A DNA stretch of 19,307 nt from a virus: IMG/VR virus record IMGVR_UViG_3300045988_034549, positions 1 through 19,307 of that record; one strand, written 5' to 3'. Of the stretch, positions 1 to 8,485 are shown one piece after another. Positions within the stretch are counted from its first letter, which is position 1. Each line of letters starts with the position of its first letter. The translations under genes were made by a program, and so were the position numbers. The notes below the pieces were generated by a model. That model was not told where the DNA came from. It saw only the letters and a program-made list of their open reading frames with translations, and did not search any database.

Positions 1-44
1 AAAAGTTACATATAAAATTTATTAACTTATTAAAAATTACTATT

Positions 45-1763
45 ATGAAAACTTATTTAAATAATTTAATCAATGAATTACCTACTAACTGCTTATTTGA
101 CAAAGGTAAAGTAGGATGTGGTGGAACTTCAATGGCTTTAGAGTGTGATAAGCCTTATGTTATATGTGTTCCATTTGTAAGTTTAGTTGAGAATAAACTT
201 GCTCAATATCCTAATGAAAGACGTAAAGAGCCTATTTTTGGAGTTTATCAAGGTGTTACTAAGACAGATATTGAAGCTTATATATCTTCAGTTAAATGCC
301 CTAAAATCATTGTTACTTATAATTCTCTTTATAAAGTAATAGAAGCGGTAAATCCTAAAGATTATAGCCTATTAATTGATGAATATCATATACTATTTAA
401 TCAATATAGTCTTAGAAGAGATGCAATTAAAGATGTATTAAAGACATATAGTCTATTTAAAGAATATACATTTATGACTGCAACTCCATTAGAAGATGAA
501 TTTGTTTTAGATGAATTGTCTAAACTGCCATTAGTAAAACAAGAATGGGATGATGTTATTGAGACTAAAGTTCAGACTGTTAAATGCAAGAATGTAGAAG
601 CTTCCACAATTAAGCTTATAAATGGATTTTTAAGTGGGAATGTTGAAGGTAATGCTTATATATTTGTTAACTCTGTTGACTTTATAAAGAATCTTATTTT
701 AAAGGCTAAACTTACAGCAGATAACACAAGAGTAGTATATTCTAAGAATAATAGAACTAAACTGCCAATTCAGAATTCTTCAGTAAATGATGAACCTAAG
801 AAGATTAATTTGTTGACTTCTACTGTATTTGAAGGTTCTGATATTTATGATGAAAATGGAAGAATTATTGTAGTTAGTGATTCCTCTAAAGCTCAGACTC
901 TTTTAGATATATCTACTTCAATTCAACAGATTGCTGGTAGAATTAGAAATAGTAAATATTTAAATTGGATTACTCATCTTTATTCAGCCACAAGATATGC
1001 AGAGATAGATTATGATACATTTAAAAATAATACATTAAAGAATATTGAAGAAACAAAGATTGCAGTTGAATCATATAATCAGCTTCCAGAAGTAGCTCGT
1101 AAGAAGATTACAGACTTTACAAGTGACACATATATTCAAATTAATGAGGATTATACCTTTGAATTTGACCCAAATATGGCTAAAGTAGATATATTCAATT
1201 TTAAGGTTGCAAGAGGTTTATACTCTGTAAGAGTTAATCTTACTAATGAATATCTAAAGAATGGCTTTATAAAGGTTGCTGAATGTGAAGATAAATCTAT
1301 TAAGATAGACCTTGAAGCTCCTAGTAAGTCATTTCAGGAGCTTATTAAAGATGTAAGAGCTGAATGGGAAACTAAATTTAAAGTTGGAACTCCTATATTA
1401 AATGAAGCTCTAATTAAATATCCTTGGTTAAATGATGCAATTAATAAACTGGGATTTGAAAGAATGGCAACTTTGGGTTATTGCATTAAAGATATTAAAG
1501 AGGAGCTTGTTAAAATATCAGATAAAAATATGCCAAATAAGGTTGCCAAATTACTTACAAGAGATATTCAGAATGGTATGTTCTACAATTTAGCTTTATT
1601 GAAGAATAAGATTGCTGATGTATATAAGACTTTAGGTATAAAGAAAACTGCAAAGGCAACAGATATTGAACACTATTTTGAAGTTAGAAAATCAACTAAA
1701 ACTGAAAAGGATGTTAGAAGCAAAGGATACATTATTATTAGACCAAGATTCATATTTAAATAG
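45..1763 (+). CDS. SF2 (DExH-type) helicase, replication/early module
   Basis: Uninterrupted 572-aa ORF in the standard code. Motifs: Walker A-like GKVGCGGTS near the N-terminus, motif II LLIDEYH, motif III MTATP, motif V-like TSTVFEGSDI, motif VI QQIAGRIRN. All 4 Trp are TGG, there is no in-frame TGA, and the stop is TAG. The frame stays open from ATG 45 back to the window edge, so an upstream start cannot be excluded. Confidence 0.8.
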   Translation: MKTYLNNLINELPTNCLFDKGKVGCGGTSMALECDKPYVICVPFVSLVENKLAQYPNERRKEPIFGVYQGVTKTDIEAYISSVKCPKIIVTYNSLYKVIEAVNPKDYSLLIDEYHILFNQYSLRRDAIKDVLKTYSLFKEYTFMTATPLEDEFVLDELSKLPLVKQEWDDVIETKVQTVKCKNVEASTIKLINGFLSGNVEGNAYIFVNSVDFIKNLILKAKLTADNTRVVYSKNNRTKLPIQNSSVNDEPKKINLLTSTVFEGSDIYDENGRIIVVSDSSKAQTLLDISTSIQQIAGRIRNSKYLNWITHLYSATRYAEIDYDTFKNNTLKNIEETKIAVESYNQLPEVARKKITDFTSDTYIQINEDYTFEFDPNMAKVDIFNFKVARGLYSVRVNLTNEYLKNGFIKVAECEDKSIKIDLEAPSKSFQELIKDVRAEWETKFKVGTPILNEALIKYPWLNDAINKLGFERMATLGYCIKDIKEELVKISDKNMPNKVAKLLTRDIQNGMFYNLALLKNKIADVYKTLGIKKTAKATDIEHYFEVRKSTKTEKDVRSKGYIIIRPRFIFK

Positions 1764-1827
1764 AATTGCGGATATTAAAGAAACTCTTAAAAAGTCAGAA
1801 GATACTATTAAGGAGTTTGATAAGTGA

Positions 1828-1923
1828 ATGAATGAATTTAAAGAGAATTCTAAGAAATTAGGAGATATTATAGATAGAGTATTAGCACAAAGAGATTTTA
1901 CATTTATTTCAAAATTTGATTAA
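1828..1923 (+). CDS. small hypothetical protein (31 aa), possibly the C-terminal part of a 70-aa TGA-containing ORF 1711..1923
   Basis: ATG 1828 to TAA 1921..1923 gives MNEFKENSKKLGDIIDRVLAQRDFTFISKFD. The codon immediately upstream is an in-frame TGA (1825..1827). The same frame is open back to ATG 1711. Confidence 0.3.
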   Translation: MNEFKENSKKLGDIIDRVLAQRDFTFISKFD

Positions 1924-1925
1924 TT

Positions 1926-2060
1926 ATGGATGATTTTTTATTTAAAAAGCTTGAAGAACTAGAATATAGAATAGTTCAATTAGAGAACCAAAACAAAGGG
2001 TTAGTTTGGGAAGAAGTAGAAGAAAAACCAGAGATTCCTAACGCAACATATATTGACTAA
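1926..2060 (+). CDS. small hypothetical protein (44 aa)
   Basis: ATG 1926 to TAA 2058..2060 gives MDDFLFKKLEELEYRIVQLENQNKGLVWEEVEEKPEIPNATYID. It is tightly packed between neighbouring small ORFs. It is too short for the ORF track and I recognise no homology. Confidence 0.35.
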   Translation: MDDFLFKKLEELEYRIVQLENQNKGLVWEEVEEKPEIPNATYID

Positions 2061-2061
2061 T

Positions 2062-2202
2062 ATGAAATACCAAACCTATAAAGTATGTATAAATGGAGTG
2101 TATTATGTATATGTAATACCAGAAAATAGTAAATTCTTAGTAGATTTACAAACTGGAGAATTAATACCTAAAGATGAGAAATTATTTGAGATAATGGAAT
2201 AA
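2062..2202 (+). CDS. small hypothetical protein (46 aa)
   Basis: ATG 2062 lies 1 nt after the previous TAA. TAA 2200..2202 closes MKYQTYKVCINGVYYVYVIPENSKFLVDLQTGELIPKDEKLFEIME. The terminator hairpin follows directly. Confidence 0.35.
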   Translation: MKYQTYKVCINGVYYVYVIPENSKFLVDLQTGELIPKDEKLFEIME

Positions 2203-2207
2203 ACAAA

Positions 2208-2240
2208 AAGGAGGGTTATTTGCCCTCCTTTTCTTTTTTA
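2208..2240. terminator. bidirectional rho-independent terminator between the convergent modules
   Basis: Perfect 8-bp stem aaggaggg (2208..2215) / ccctcctt (2223..2230) with a 7-nt loop. A T-run follows on the + strand (ttcttttttа-like tract 2231..2240). A T-rich tract (tttgttt) follows on the minus strand. It sits between the last + ORF (stop 2202) and the stop of the last minus gene (2241). Confidence 0.8.
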
Positions 2241-2810
2241 TTAAACATATCTTCACTTGAATCCTTTAGCTGTATTTGCTAATCCACCACATACTCTACT
2301 AATAGCTCCTCTATCAGTTCCTACAGATTTGGCTGCTTCTGTGCAACTTTCATACTCTTGAATAAAATTACCATCTAAATCATACTGAGCTACTTTACGA
2401 CATCTTTGTTTGTTATGAGCATCTACTTTAACTCTTCAAGATTCTGGGCAATTATGTTTCTTTCCCTTATTAGAATTAGACAGTTTCTTCTTTCATTCAG
2501 AATTAAATTTGACTCCGTAATTGCCTCCTTCTCCTCCAGGTTTCAAATTTAAACACATAGGATCAGTGTCCCATTTATCTCCAATTAGTTTGTATTCTAA
2601 TTTAGATAATTCATCTGCATTAGTGCAAGTTGCCAAAATAATCTTTTGGTATGCATTAGGGAATCTTTTGTAATAATTAGTAATAATCCTTCCTGATCCT
2701 TTATATGGATCTTTATTTATGTCTTTACCTCTATAAATCCTTTTCCCAATATAATACTTGCCTCTTAATGTACCTGCAGTTAAAATTATTTTATAACAAT
2801 AGTAAAACAT
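2241..2810 (-). CDS. GIY-YIG homing endonuclease with C-terminal DNA-binding domain (189 aa, 3 in-frame TGA)
   Basis: Track ORF 2493..2810 holds the GIY-YIG N-domain (YCYKI...KYYIGK). The same frame continues through TGA at 2493, 2436 and 2253 (tca on +) to TAA-TAA at 2241/2238. The read-through text is ...NSE-W-KKKLSNSNKGKKHNCPES-W-RVKVDAHNKQRCRKVAQYDLDGNFIQEYESCTEAAKSVGTDRGAISRVCGGLANTAKGFK-W-RYV. That is a typical endonuclease DNA-binding tail ending G-F-x-W-R-Y. Confidence 0.85.
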
Positions 2811-3262
2811 TATATAATAGTAAATTTCTGTCGTCTTTGCATTCCGTCTTTATTCTTTAATCCCAAGTGTATTCAACTTGCTATACCATTCTTAGGCTTT
2901 TCATATATCAACTGGTCTCAATTTAATTCTTCAATAGCTTCAGCAATCCAACTTTGGAATACTTTCATATTACCATTAATTGGAGATATATCTGCTGCAT
3001 ACCCTGTTAAATGAGCAGAAGTTGAAGATCCTCCCACTGCTTTATTAAGCTCCTTATTTCTAAAACCAGAGGAAATCCTGATGCCTGCGTTACCAAGCTG
3101 ATTGTCATCACAATACTTTGCCCATCTCTCTCTTATTGGGTCTAAAAGCTTCTCGACCAACTCTATCAGGTGCTCTGTTATACTCTCATCTGGAGTGTTA
3201 TCTATATGCTTAATTGAAGCAGTATCAGATCTTGTTAATTCTTCGAGTGTGAAATACTTCAT
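2810..3262 (-). CDS. peptidase M15 family (Peptidase_M15_3-like) peptidoglycan hydrolase, endolysin (150 aa, 2 in-frame TGA)
   Basis: Track ORF 2918..3262 contains SGFRNKELNKAVGGSSTSAHLTGYAADI (H-x6-D zinc motif). The frame continues through TGA at 2918 and 2873 as -W-DQLIYEKPKNGIAS-W-IHLGLKNKDGMQRRQKFTII. This restores the expected C-terminal W-x-H zinc ligand. Stop TAA 2810..2812 overlaps the next ATG (TAATG). Confidence 0.85.
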
Positions 3263-3420
3263 TATTTATATGAATTATGCAGTTTATAAAGATAAATAAA
3301 ATAGCACACTGCTCCAAATAACGTTAAACTAATAGTAATCCAAAAAGGAATTACTTTAATTAACAAAAATGCAATCATTAATAGTACAACTACTATTACA
3401 TATTTTAACCAATATTTCAT
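3262..3420 (-). CDS. small two-TM membrane protein, holin candidate (52 aa)
   Basis: ATG 3418..3420 to TAA 3262..3264 gives MKYWLKYVIVVVLLMIAFLLIKVIPFWITISLTLFGAVCYFIYLYKLHNSYK. There are two hydrophobic helices. It lies immediately upstream of the endolysin and is coupled to it by a TAATG overlap. It is too short for the ORF track. Confidence 0.55.
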   Translation of the reverse strand: MKYWLKYVIVVVLLMIAFLLIKVIPFWITISLTLFGAVCYFIYLYKLHNSYK

Positions 3421-3421
3421 A

Positions 3422-4078
3422 TTATATCTTATTTAAAATTATACTTATCTGTATTCCAACTCTTCTTAGATGTACTCAAGTATCATAAGGCATAGGTGTA
3501 TCACAGAATGATAAACCTAAAATGCCAATATCTTTATCCTCAGTCTTTAAATAAAATACTGCTATTTCATTCACTCCGTTGGATTTAAATGCATAATATA
3601 ATCTTGGATCATCTGCTTCTAAACTATCTATATTACCAAACCATCCATCATTCTTAGAAAACTCTATAATTGAAGTATAGTCAGATAACAGGAAGTCTTT
3701 ATAATGGCTACTTACAGATCGTATTCCTGGTTTAACTTCCTCGGCATTCATTACTCCATAAGTAAACGGAAGTCCTCCTAATCCAGTAGTTCCATTATGA
3801 TATTCAATAACCCAAGCTCTATCAGCATTTGTGCTTTGAAGCAATTCTTTAAGCTTATATTTAATCTTTAAAGTTGCTTCATTTCTTGCAATAGTTTTAG
3901 AATTGTGAGTTTGTTCAATATAGGTTACAACCTTATTATAAACAATAGAGGGATTAAGTGTAATAACCATTACATAGGATATAAATATTAATCCAATCCC
4001 TGCTTTAAATATCTTTAGTAATCCATATTTATCTACTCATTCTAATACCTTTCCAAACCAGTTTAATTTATTTTCCAT
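3422..4078 (-). CDS. N-terminally membrane-anchored protein of unknown function, lysis-cassette position (218 aa, 2 in-frame TGA)
   Basis: Track ORF 3476..3970 extends in frame at both ends. Upstream it runs to ATG 4076..4078: MENKLNWFGKVLE-W(TGA 4037)-VDKYGLLKIFKAGIGLIFISYV-MVITLN. Downstream it passes TGA 3476 (...PYDT-W-VHLRRVGIQISIILNKI) to TAA 3422..3424. It has one predicted TM helix followed by a soluble domain of about 170 aa. Confidence 0.7.
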
Positions 4079-4503
4079 TACATATTATCAGAACAAGTAC
4101 CCAGAGTATTGTCTACAGCTAAATCAACTCTAACAAATACTCCAGTACAAATATCTTTGAACTTCTGATAAAATGGAGTAAAAATTAAAGGATAAGAAAT
4201 ATCAACTTCTGGATATTGGTTATTAAATCGGTTAATTATATTAGTTAATGCTAATATTCCAGCTGATTGCTCTTCAAGCTGATTATTATCAGTTTCATCC
4301 CATCTTGCTATAAAATAGAGATTTAAAGAGTAAGTAATAGTATCCTCATCCATATTAAATGTATTTGGAGTTATATAAAATACATTATATTCAATAGTTG
4401 GGATACTATTAAGTTCATATATATCCTTACTTCCTACAAAATTAATATTGGGTTCTTCAAGAGCACAAGCTTTTAAATTGTTTATTAATTCAAAATACGT
4501 CAT
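4078..4503 (-). CDS. hypothetical virion/connector-region protein (141 aa)
   Basis: This is track ORF 4078..4605, trimmed to ATG 4501..4503 (MTYFELINNLKACALEEPNINF...). That ATG lies 1 nt after the upstream gene's TAA (4505..4507). There is no in-frame TGA. Any function is inferred only from its position after the portal. Confidence 0.6.
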   Translation of the reverse strand: MTYFELINNLKACALEEPNINFVGSKDIYELNSIPTIEYNVFYITPNTFNMDEDTITYSLNLYFIARWDETDNNQLEEQSAGILALTNIINRFNNQYPEVDISYPLIFTPFYQKFKDICTGVFVRVDLAVDNTLGTCSDNM

Positions 4504-4504
4504 C

Positions 4505-5188
4505 TTACTTACTCTTTTTATTGTTATCACTTGAAGGGAAATCATAAGCTCTTTGCAGAGGACCTTCACAAGAATTATATCTCCAACCTTTACCTCTAGC
4601 TCCACCTAACCAAATAGTACAAGATGAACTTGAATACATATTTGGATACATATCTTTAAGAGGTTTATAAGAATACAATTCAGGAAAATCATTATAATAT
4701 GTAATTACCCAATTTTGTAATCTCGTTTTAAAGAAATCTGCTTTATCTCTATAATATTTCTTAATAAGATTAACTTGGCTAATATCAGAAGTTAAATCTT
4801 TCTCATCATCAGTCCTCATAACCCCAAAGTTACTAAGCTTAAACGAAATAGGTATAGTAATCTCACTTAATACTTGATAAAGTAAATAAGGCTGAATATA
4901 GTAATCTAGCAATTCTTTATATCTATGATTTTCTGGGTCATCTATTGAAGTAGGATCATAAATAGGAGGTTCTATTGGATGAACTGGTTTATTTGGATCT
5001 TTTCAATCAATTACTAATTTCTGAATCTTTTCTAAGAGCTTAGTTCCAATTAATGACTGAAGCTCAATATCTTGTGCAAGTTTAATTGCTGACTGAAGAT
5101 ATTTACCAGAAACATTATTGTCTAAATTGGATTCTGATTTTATATAATCTTCAGATATTAATAGTACATTTCTATAATTATTTTCCAT
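4505..5188 (-). CDS. putative head-tail adaptor/connector protein (227 aa, 1 in-frame TGA)
   Basis: Track ORFs 5003..5188 and 4505..4912 are in the same frame. They are separated only by TGA 5003..5005 and an open stretch: ...KLVID-W-KDPNKPVHPIEPPIYDPTSIDDPENHRYKELLDYY... The N-terminal text (SGKYLQSAIKLAQDIELQSLIG) resembles gp6-like adaptor N-termini. This is motif memory only. Confidence 0.65.
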
Positions 5189-6270
5189 TATTCAACTTGT
5201 TTAGTATCAGCTTCATTAAGGCTAAATGGTGAAATTGTGATTGAATTCTGCATTCCAAAGATCTTATCAAATGAATCACAAATCTCTTTCTGAATAGGTC
5301 TAATCATAGTTCTATTATAAAGCTTGAATGAAGATTCAAATTCTTGCTCATTAAAACCAGTTGAATCTGAGTTAATTCCAAATAAGTTAGGATTAGCTCT
5401 GAAGGCACAGAATATTTGATCTCTGGTTCTCTCAGATAATGATTGATATTTCTCATCAAAATCATCAGAATCTAATCTTTCAATAGTAGTCTTATTTGCC
5501 TCATCTGCATTATATGAAATCAATATTCTGCCAGCATTCTGATAACCAGAGAACTTCTCATTAATATTCCTCTCAATCTCCTCTCTAATTTCATCTGTAG
5601 GTTCCCCATTATTAAAGTTAATAATAAGATTACCCATAAATCCATTATTGATGTTATTTAAATGGAATTCATTAATATTTTTCTCAGTTTCGCAAGATAA
5701 AATAGCAGCTCCATAAACAGGAATAGGATATACTCCTCTTGTTATATAACCTTTATTATAAAATATACTAGCTGGATTTTCATCCCCAGCTCCAAATTTT
5801 GGATATTTTATAGCTTTTACAGACCAAGCTGTCCAATCAGTTGCATAATATAATACATCATTCTTTTCGCTTGACCTTACATTCATAAAATCAATATGAT
5901 AGATCTCTGCAACTCTTCCAATCATATCTCTAATTACTTGGATAGCATAACCTCCAAATATCATCTTATCAATAGTGATTTTTCTCATTATATCAACTAT
6001 TGTTTCCCCTTTTTTATTTACAACTACTTCAAATCCTGGAGCATTACATTTAACATCATTACCAACAATAAAGTCAGCAGAACCATTAATAATGGATTGG
6101 AGAGTGGCAACATTTAAATATAAATCCCATAGATATAACGGATATTTGTTATCTTCTCCTCACATTACATAATCTTTTCCTCTTACTTTAGTTTCTGTAG
6201 GTAATACGATATTACTTGCAATAAATGGATCAATAGCACTTAACTGAACTTTTGTTTTATTTTCGCTCAT
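5188..6270 (-). CDS. portal protein (360 aa, 1 in-frame TGA)
   Basis: Track ORF 5188..5988 has a portal-like core (GFMGNLIINFNNG...FSGYQNAGRILISY...DQIFCAFRANPNLFGI). The frame extends upstream through TGA 6160..6162 to ATG 6268..6270: MSENKTKVQLSAIDPFIASNIVLPTETKVRGKDYVM-W-GEDNKYPLYLWDLYLNVATLQSIINGSADFIVG. This gives the W-G-x-D-N-x-Y-P N-terminal portal motif. Confidence 0.85.
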
Positions 6271-6649
6271 AACTTACGTATGTATTAGGTTTGTCGTATT
6301 GATAATTATTATTCTCATAATCTCCAATTCTTATTAATCCTGTTCCCAATATAGGTATTGGTTTACCAGCTACTAATATCTGAGTGCCATTAGTAAGAGT
6401 ATTATTATATGTAACCAAGATAACTGGATTTCCATATAACTCTGATCTAAATGGATTGTTTACATCAACTATAACTTGAAATTTATTTGGATTAGTAAAT
6501 AAAATATATTGATATTCACCGTCTCTCATTCCTTCTTGAAGTGTAATATCAAACTTATAGTAGATATTCTCAGAATAATTCTGATTTTCAAGATCAAATG
6601 TATAAACTTCTTTAGTAGTTGTATTTTGCATTAATAGAGTATAATTCAT
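6257..6649 (-). CDS. hypothetical protein (130 aa)
   Basis: Intact standard-code ORF with a TAA stop. It overlaps the portal start by 14 nt. It is the first gene after the 6650..6805 intergenic region. I recognise no motif. Confidence 0.6.
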   Translation of the reverse strand: MNYTLLMQNTTTKEVYTFDLENQNYSENIYYKFDITLQEGMRDGEYQYILFTNPNKFQVIVDVNNPFRSELYGNPVILVTYNNTLTNGTQILVAGKPIPILGTGLIRIGDYENNNYQYDKPNTYVSYERK

Positions 6650-6681
6650 ATTTTACAGCAATTTACATTAGTTTTACATAT

Positions 6682-6700
6682 CTTTTTCTTAAAATATAAA
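6682..6700 (-). promoter_or_regulatory. conserved intergenic motif TTTATATTTTAAGAAAAAG (minus strand), candidate late promoter element
   Basis: It is near-identical (18/19 with one gap) to the motif at 12254..12272. In both cases it lies about 27-30 nt downstream of a terminator hairpin and upstream of the next gene's ATG. Confidence 0.35.
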
Positions 6701-6727
6701 CCAATTTACTAATGTATTAAAATAATT

Positions 6728-6749
6728 AAAGGAGACCTAAGCCTCCTTT
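6728..6749 (-). terminator. rho-independent terminator after the DUF285-like gene
   Basis: Stem aaaggag (6728..6734) / ctccttt (6743..6749) with an 8-nt loop. On the minus strand an A/T-rich tract follows (aattatttta). It lies 57 nt after the TAA at 6806. Confidence 0.6.
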
Positions 6750-6805
6750 AATGTCAAGTTTTTTACTCACTCAAAGTACTAAGAAAAAATAAAAACTGAC
6801 AAAAA

Positions 6806-7822
6806 TTATGCTGACGCTAAAGTTCAGTTTTTAGATGTAGCTAATGATTTCTGTTCTTCAGTAAGTGCATTATAAACATCTGCTGCAAATGTAATAGTTT
6901 GAGATACTTCTCCAGTTAAATCAGCAGCTTTATTTAAAATGTTATCAATAGCTGCACTATTTAACGACTGGAGTAAAGATAAATTTAATTTCGCTCTTAA
7001 ATTTATAATACCTTCCATATCAGTTATTGATGTATTTGGAGATTCCCAACTATAAAAAGGCCAATTATTAAAGGACTGACCTTCATTTACACCTGTTAAA
7101 TCTCATTCTGGCAAAGTTGTAATTGTATCAGGTAAATAACTATAAGTACCTCCACATTCAAGATTAATAGATGATCCTACTAATTCAAACTTAATATCTG
7201 GGAGAGTAGTAATAGTGGATGTTAAATTGGCAAAAGTGGCATTAAACACAACATACGGAGTATCATTTTCTTCATCTCTAATAATTATATGATTGCATAC
7301 AACATTAGAAGAATTAAACATTTGACTTAAATCATATCAAGCAGTATTAGTTTGTAGTATAATTGTATCTAATGTTAAAGCATTAGCATTAAAACTACTA
7401 AACATATTATTGCCATCGCGTATAGTAATTTCCTGTGGGAAATCTATTTGATTTATTTTAGCATTACTCAACATACCCGAACAATCGTAATTTAAATCTG
7501 TATTTCACATAGAAAACAGATTTATATATGCATTAGGAGACTGCATATGCGAAAAAAAATTTCTCGTACTTGTAAAATCAGGTAAATCAAAGATAATCTG
7601 ATTTACTTGATTATCAGTAGGACTAGAATATGCAAATGTTAATCCATAATCATTTAAATTAATCTTTCCTCCACCACCTCCAGAAATCTGTCCTATCTTA
7701 TCTGCATAGCTTCTAAAGGTATCGGAATCTGATACAGCAACACCTTTAGCTACAATAGCATCTTTAATGGCACTCTTAGTACCTTCAAGATACGTTAATT
7801 TATCAGAAATTGTATTTGCCAT
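6806..7822 (-). CDS. DUF285/BspA-like repeat tail fiber or receptor-binding protein (338 aa, 4 in-frame TGA)
   Basis: Track ORFs 7505..7822, 7103..7321 and 6824..7018 share one frame. I checked every intervening codon and the only interruptions are TGA at 7505, 7337, 7103 and 6824. Fused text: ...NLFSM-W-NTDLNYDCSGMLSNA...TNTA-W-YDLSQMFNSS...TTLPE-W-DLTGVNEGQSFNNWPF...EEQKSLATSKN-W-TLASA, ending at TAA 6806. The N-terminus (MANTISDKLTYLEGTKSAIKDAIVAKGV) looks like a phage-fiber N-terminus. Confidence 0.8.
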
Positions 7823-7823
7823 A

Positions 7824-8477
7824 TTAGATTACTTCACCATTAATTGTATCAAGAGTAGTTGAAATATTACCAATCTGAGCTTGAATAGCTGAAATTTCTC
7901 CATCTAACTCTGTCATCTTTGTATTATATGTATCTGTAGTTACATAGTTTGATAACTCATTTTTATCTGCTTTAAGTGCAACTTCATCTTTAGTAGCTAA
8001 TCCAGATACATCAGGAATCTTATTCTCTACAGCTGTAAGCTCTTCTTTAGTAGCAAAATCACTAGTATCAGGAATTTCTGCTTTAGTTGCATAATTACTT
8101 AAATCTACAGATAGTTGCAAACCTTCTCCATTTCTATGTAAAGATAGAGGTTGATTAGCTTGGAATACTTCCATCTTAGAAGTTTCTAACTCCTCAACTT
8201 CTCCTTTAAGATTAGTAATCTCAGTATTAATTGGAACAAGTTTAGCATCAATAGATTGATCTACTAAAGGAGGAACTTGATCTTCAATACTTTCTGTTAC
8301 TTTAGTATTAATTAACTCTTCTGCTTTCTCCTCAGAAATGTAATTACCTTTAGGTTGAAATCTCGCATCTGCTTCAATCTTTGTATAAGAACCAACTGGA
8401 AGCTGAGCTGTCTCAATACCACATTTCTTACTAACATAGAAGGTCTGAGTATTCTTAGTATTCTTTAATATAATCAT
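7824..8477 (-). CDS. coiled-coil tail fiber protein (217 aa)
   Basis: Intact ORF with a TAA stop. It has reiterated x-ATK-x-E modules (NYATKAEIPDTSDFATKEELTAVENKIPDVSGLATKDEVALKAD) and a heptad-like C-terminus. There are no Trp codons. Confidence 0.65.
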   Translation of the reverse strand: MIILKNTKNTQTFYVSKKCGIETAQLPVGSYTKIEADARFQPKGNYISEEKAEELINTKVTESIEDQVPPLVDQSIDAKLVPINTEITNLKGEVEELETSKMEVFQANQPLSLHRNGEGLQLSVDLSNYATKAEIPDTSDFATKEELTAVENKIPDVSGLATKDEVALKADKNELSNYVTTDTYNTKMTELDGEISAIQAQIGNISTTLDTINGEVI

Positions 8478-8485
8478 AGTTTTTA

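Noticed and set aside
1761-1775. Possible TAG read-through at the helicase stop.
   Set aside because: Read-through would add only four codons (NCGY) before a TAA. No other in-frame TAG occurs in any gene here, so there is no sign of TAG reassignment.
1810-1815. AAGGAG as a Shine-Dalgarno sequence for ATG 1828.
   Set aside because: The spacing (12 nt) is long. No other gene in the window has an SD. The hexamer also reads as in-frame Lys-Glu codons of the candidate 1711..1923 ORF. It is kept only as an alternative under that finding.
4504-4605. The longer start (4605) given by the track for ORF 4078..4605.
   Set aside because: The extra 34 codons overlap the 3' end of the upstream gene (stop at 4505) by about 100 nt. 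ATG 4501..4503 sits 1 nt after that stop, like the other tightly coupled junctions.
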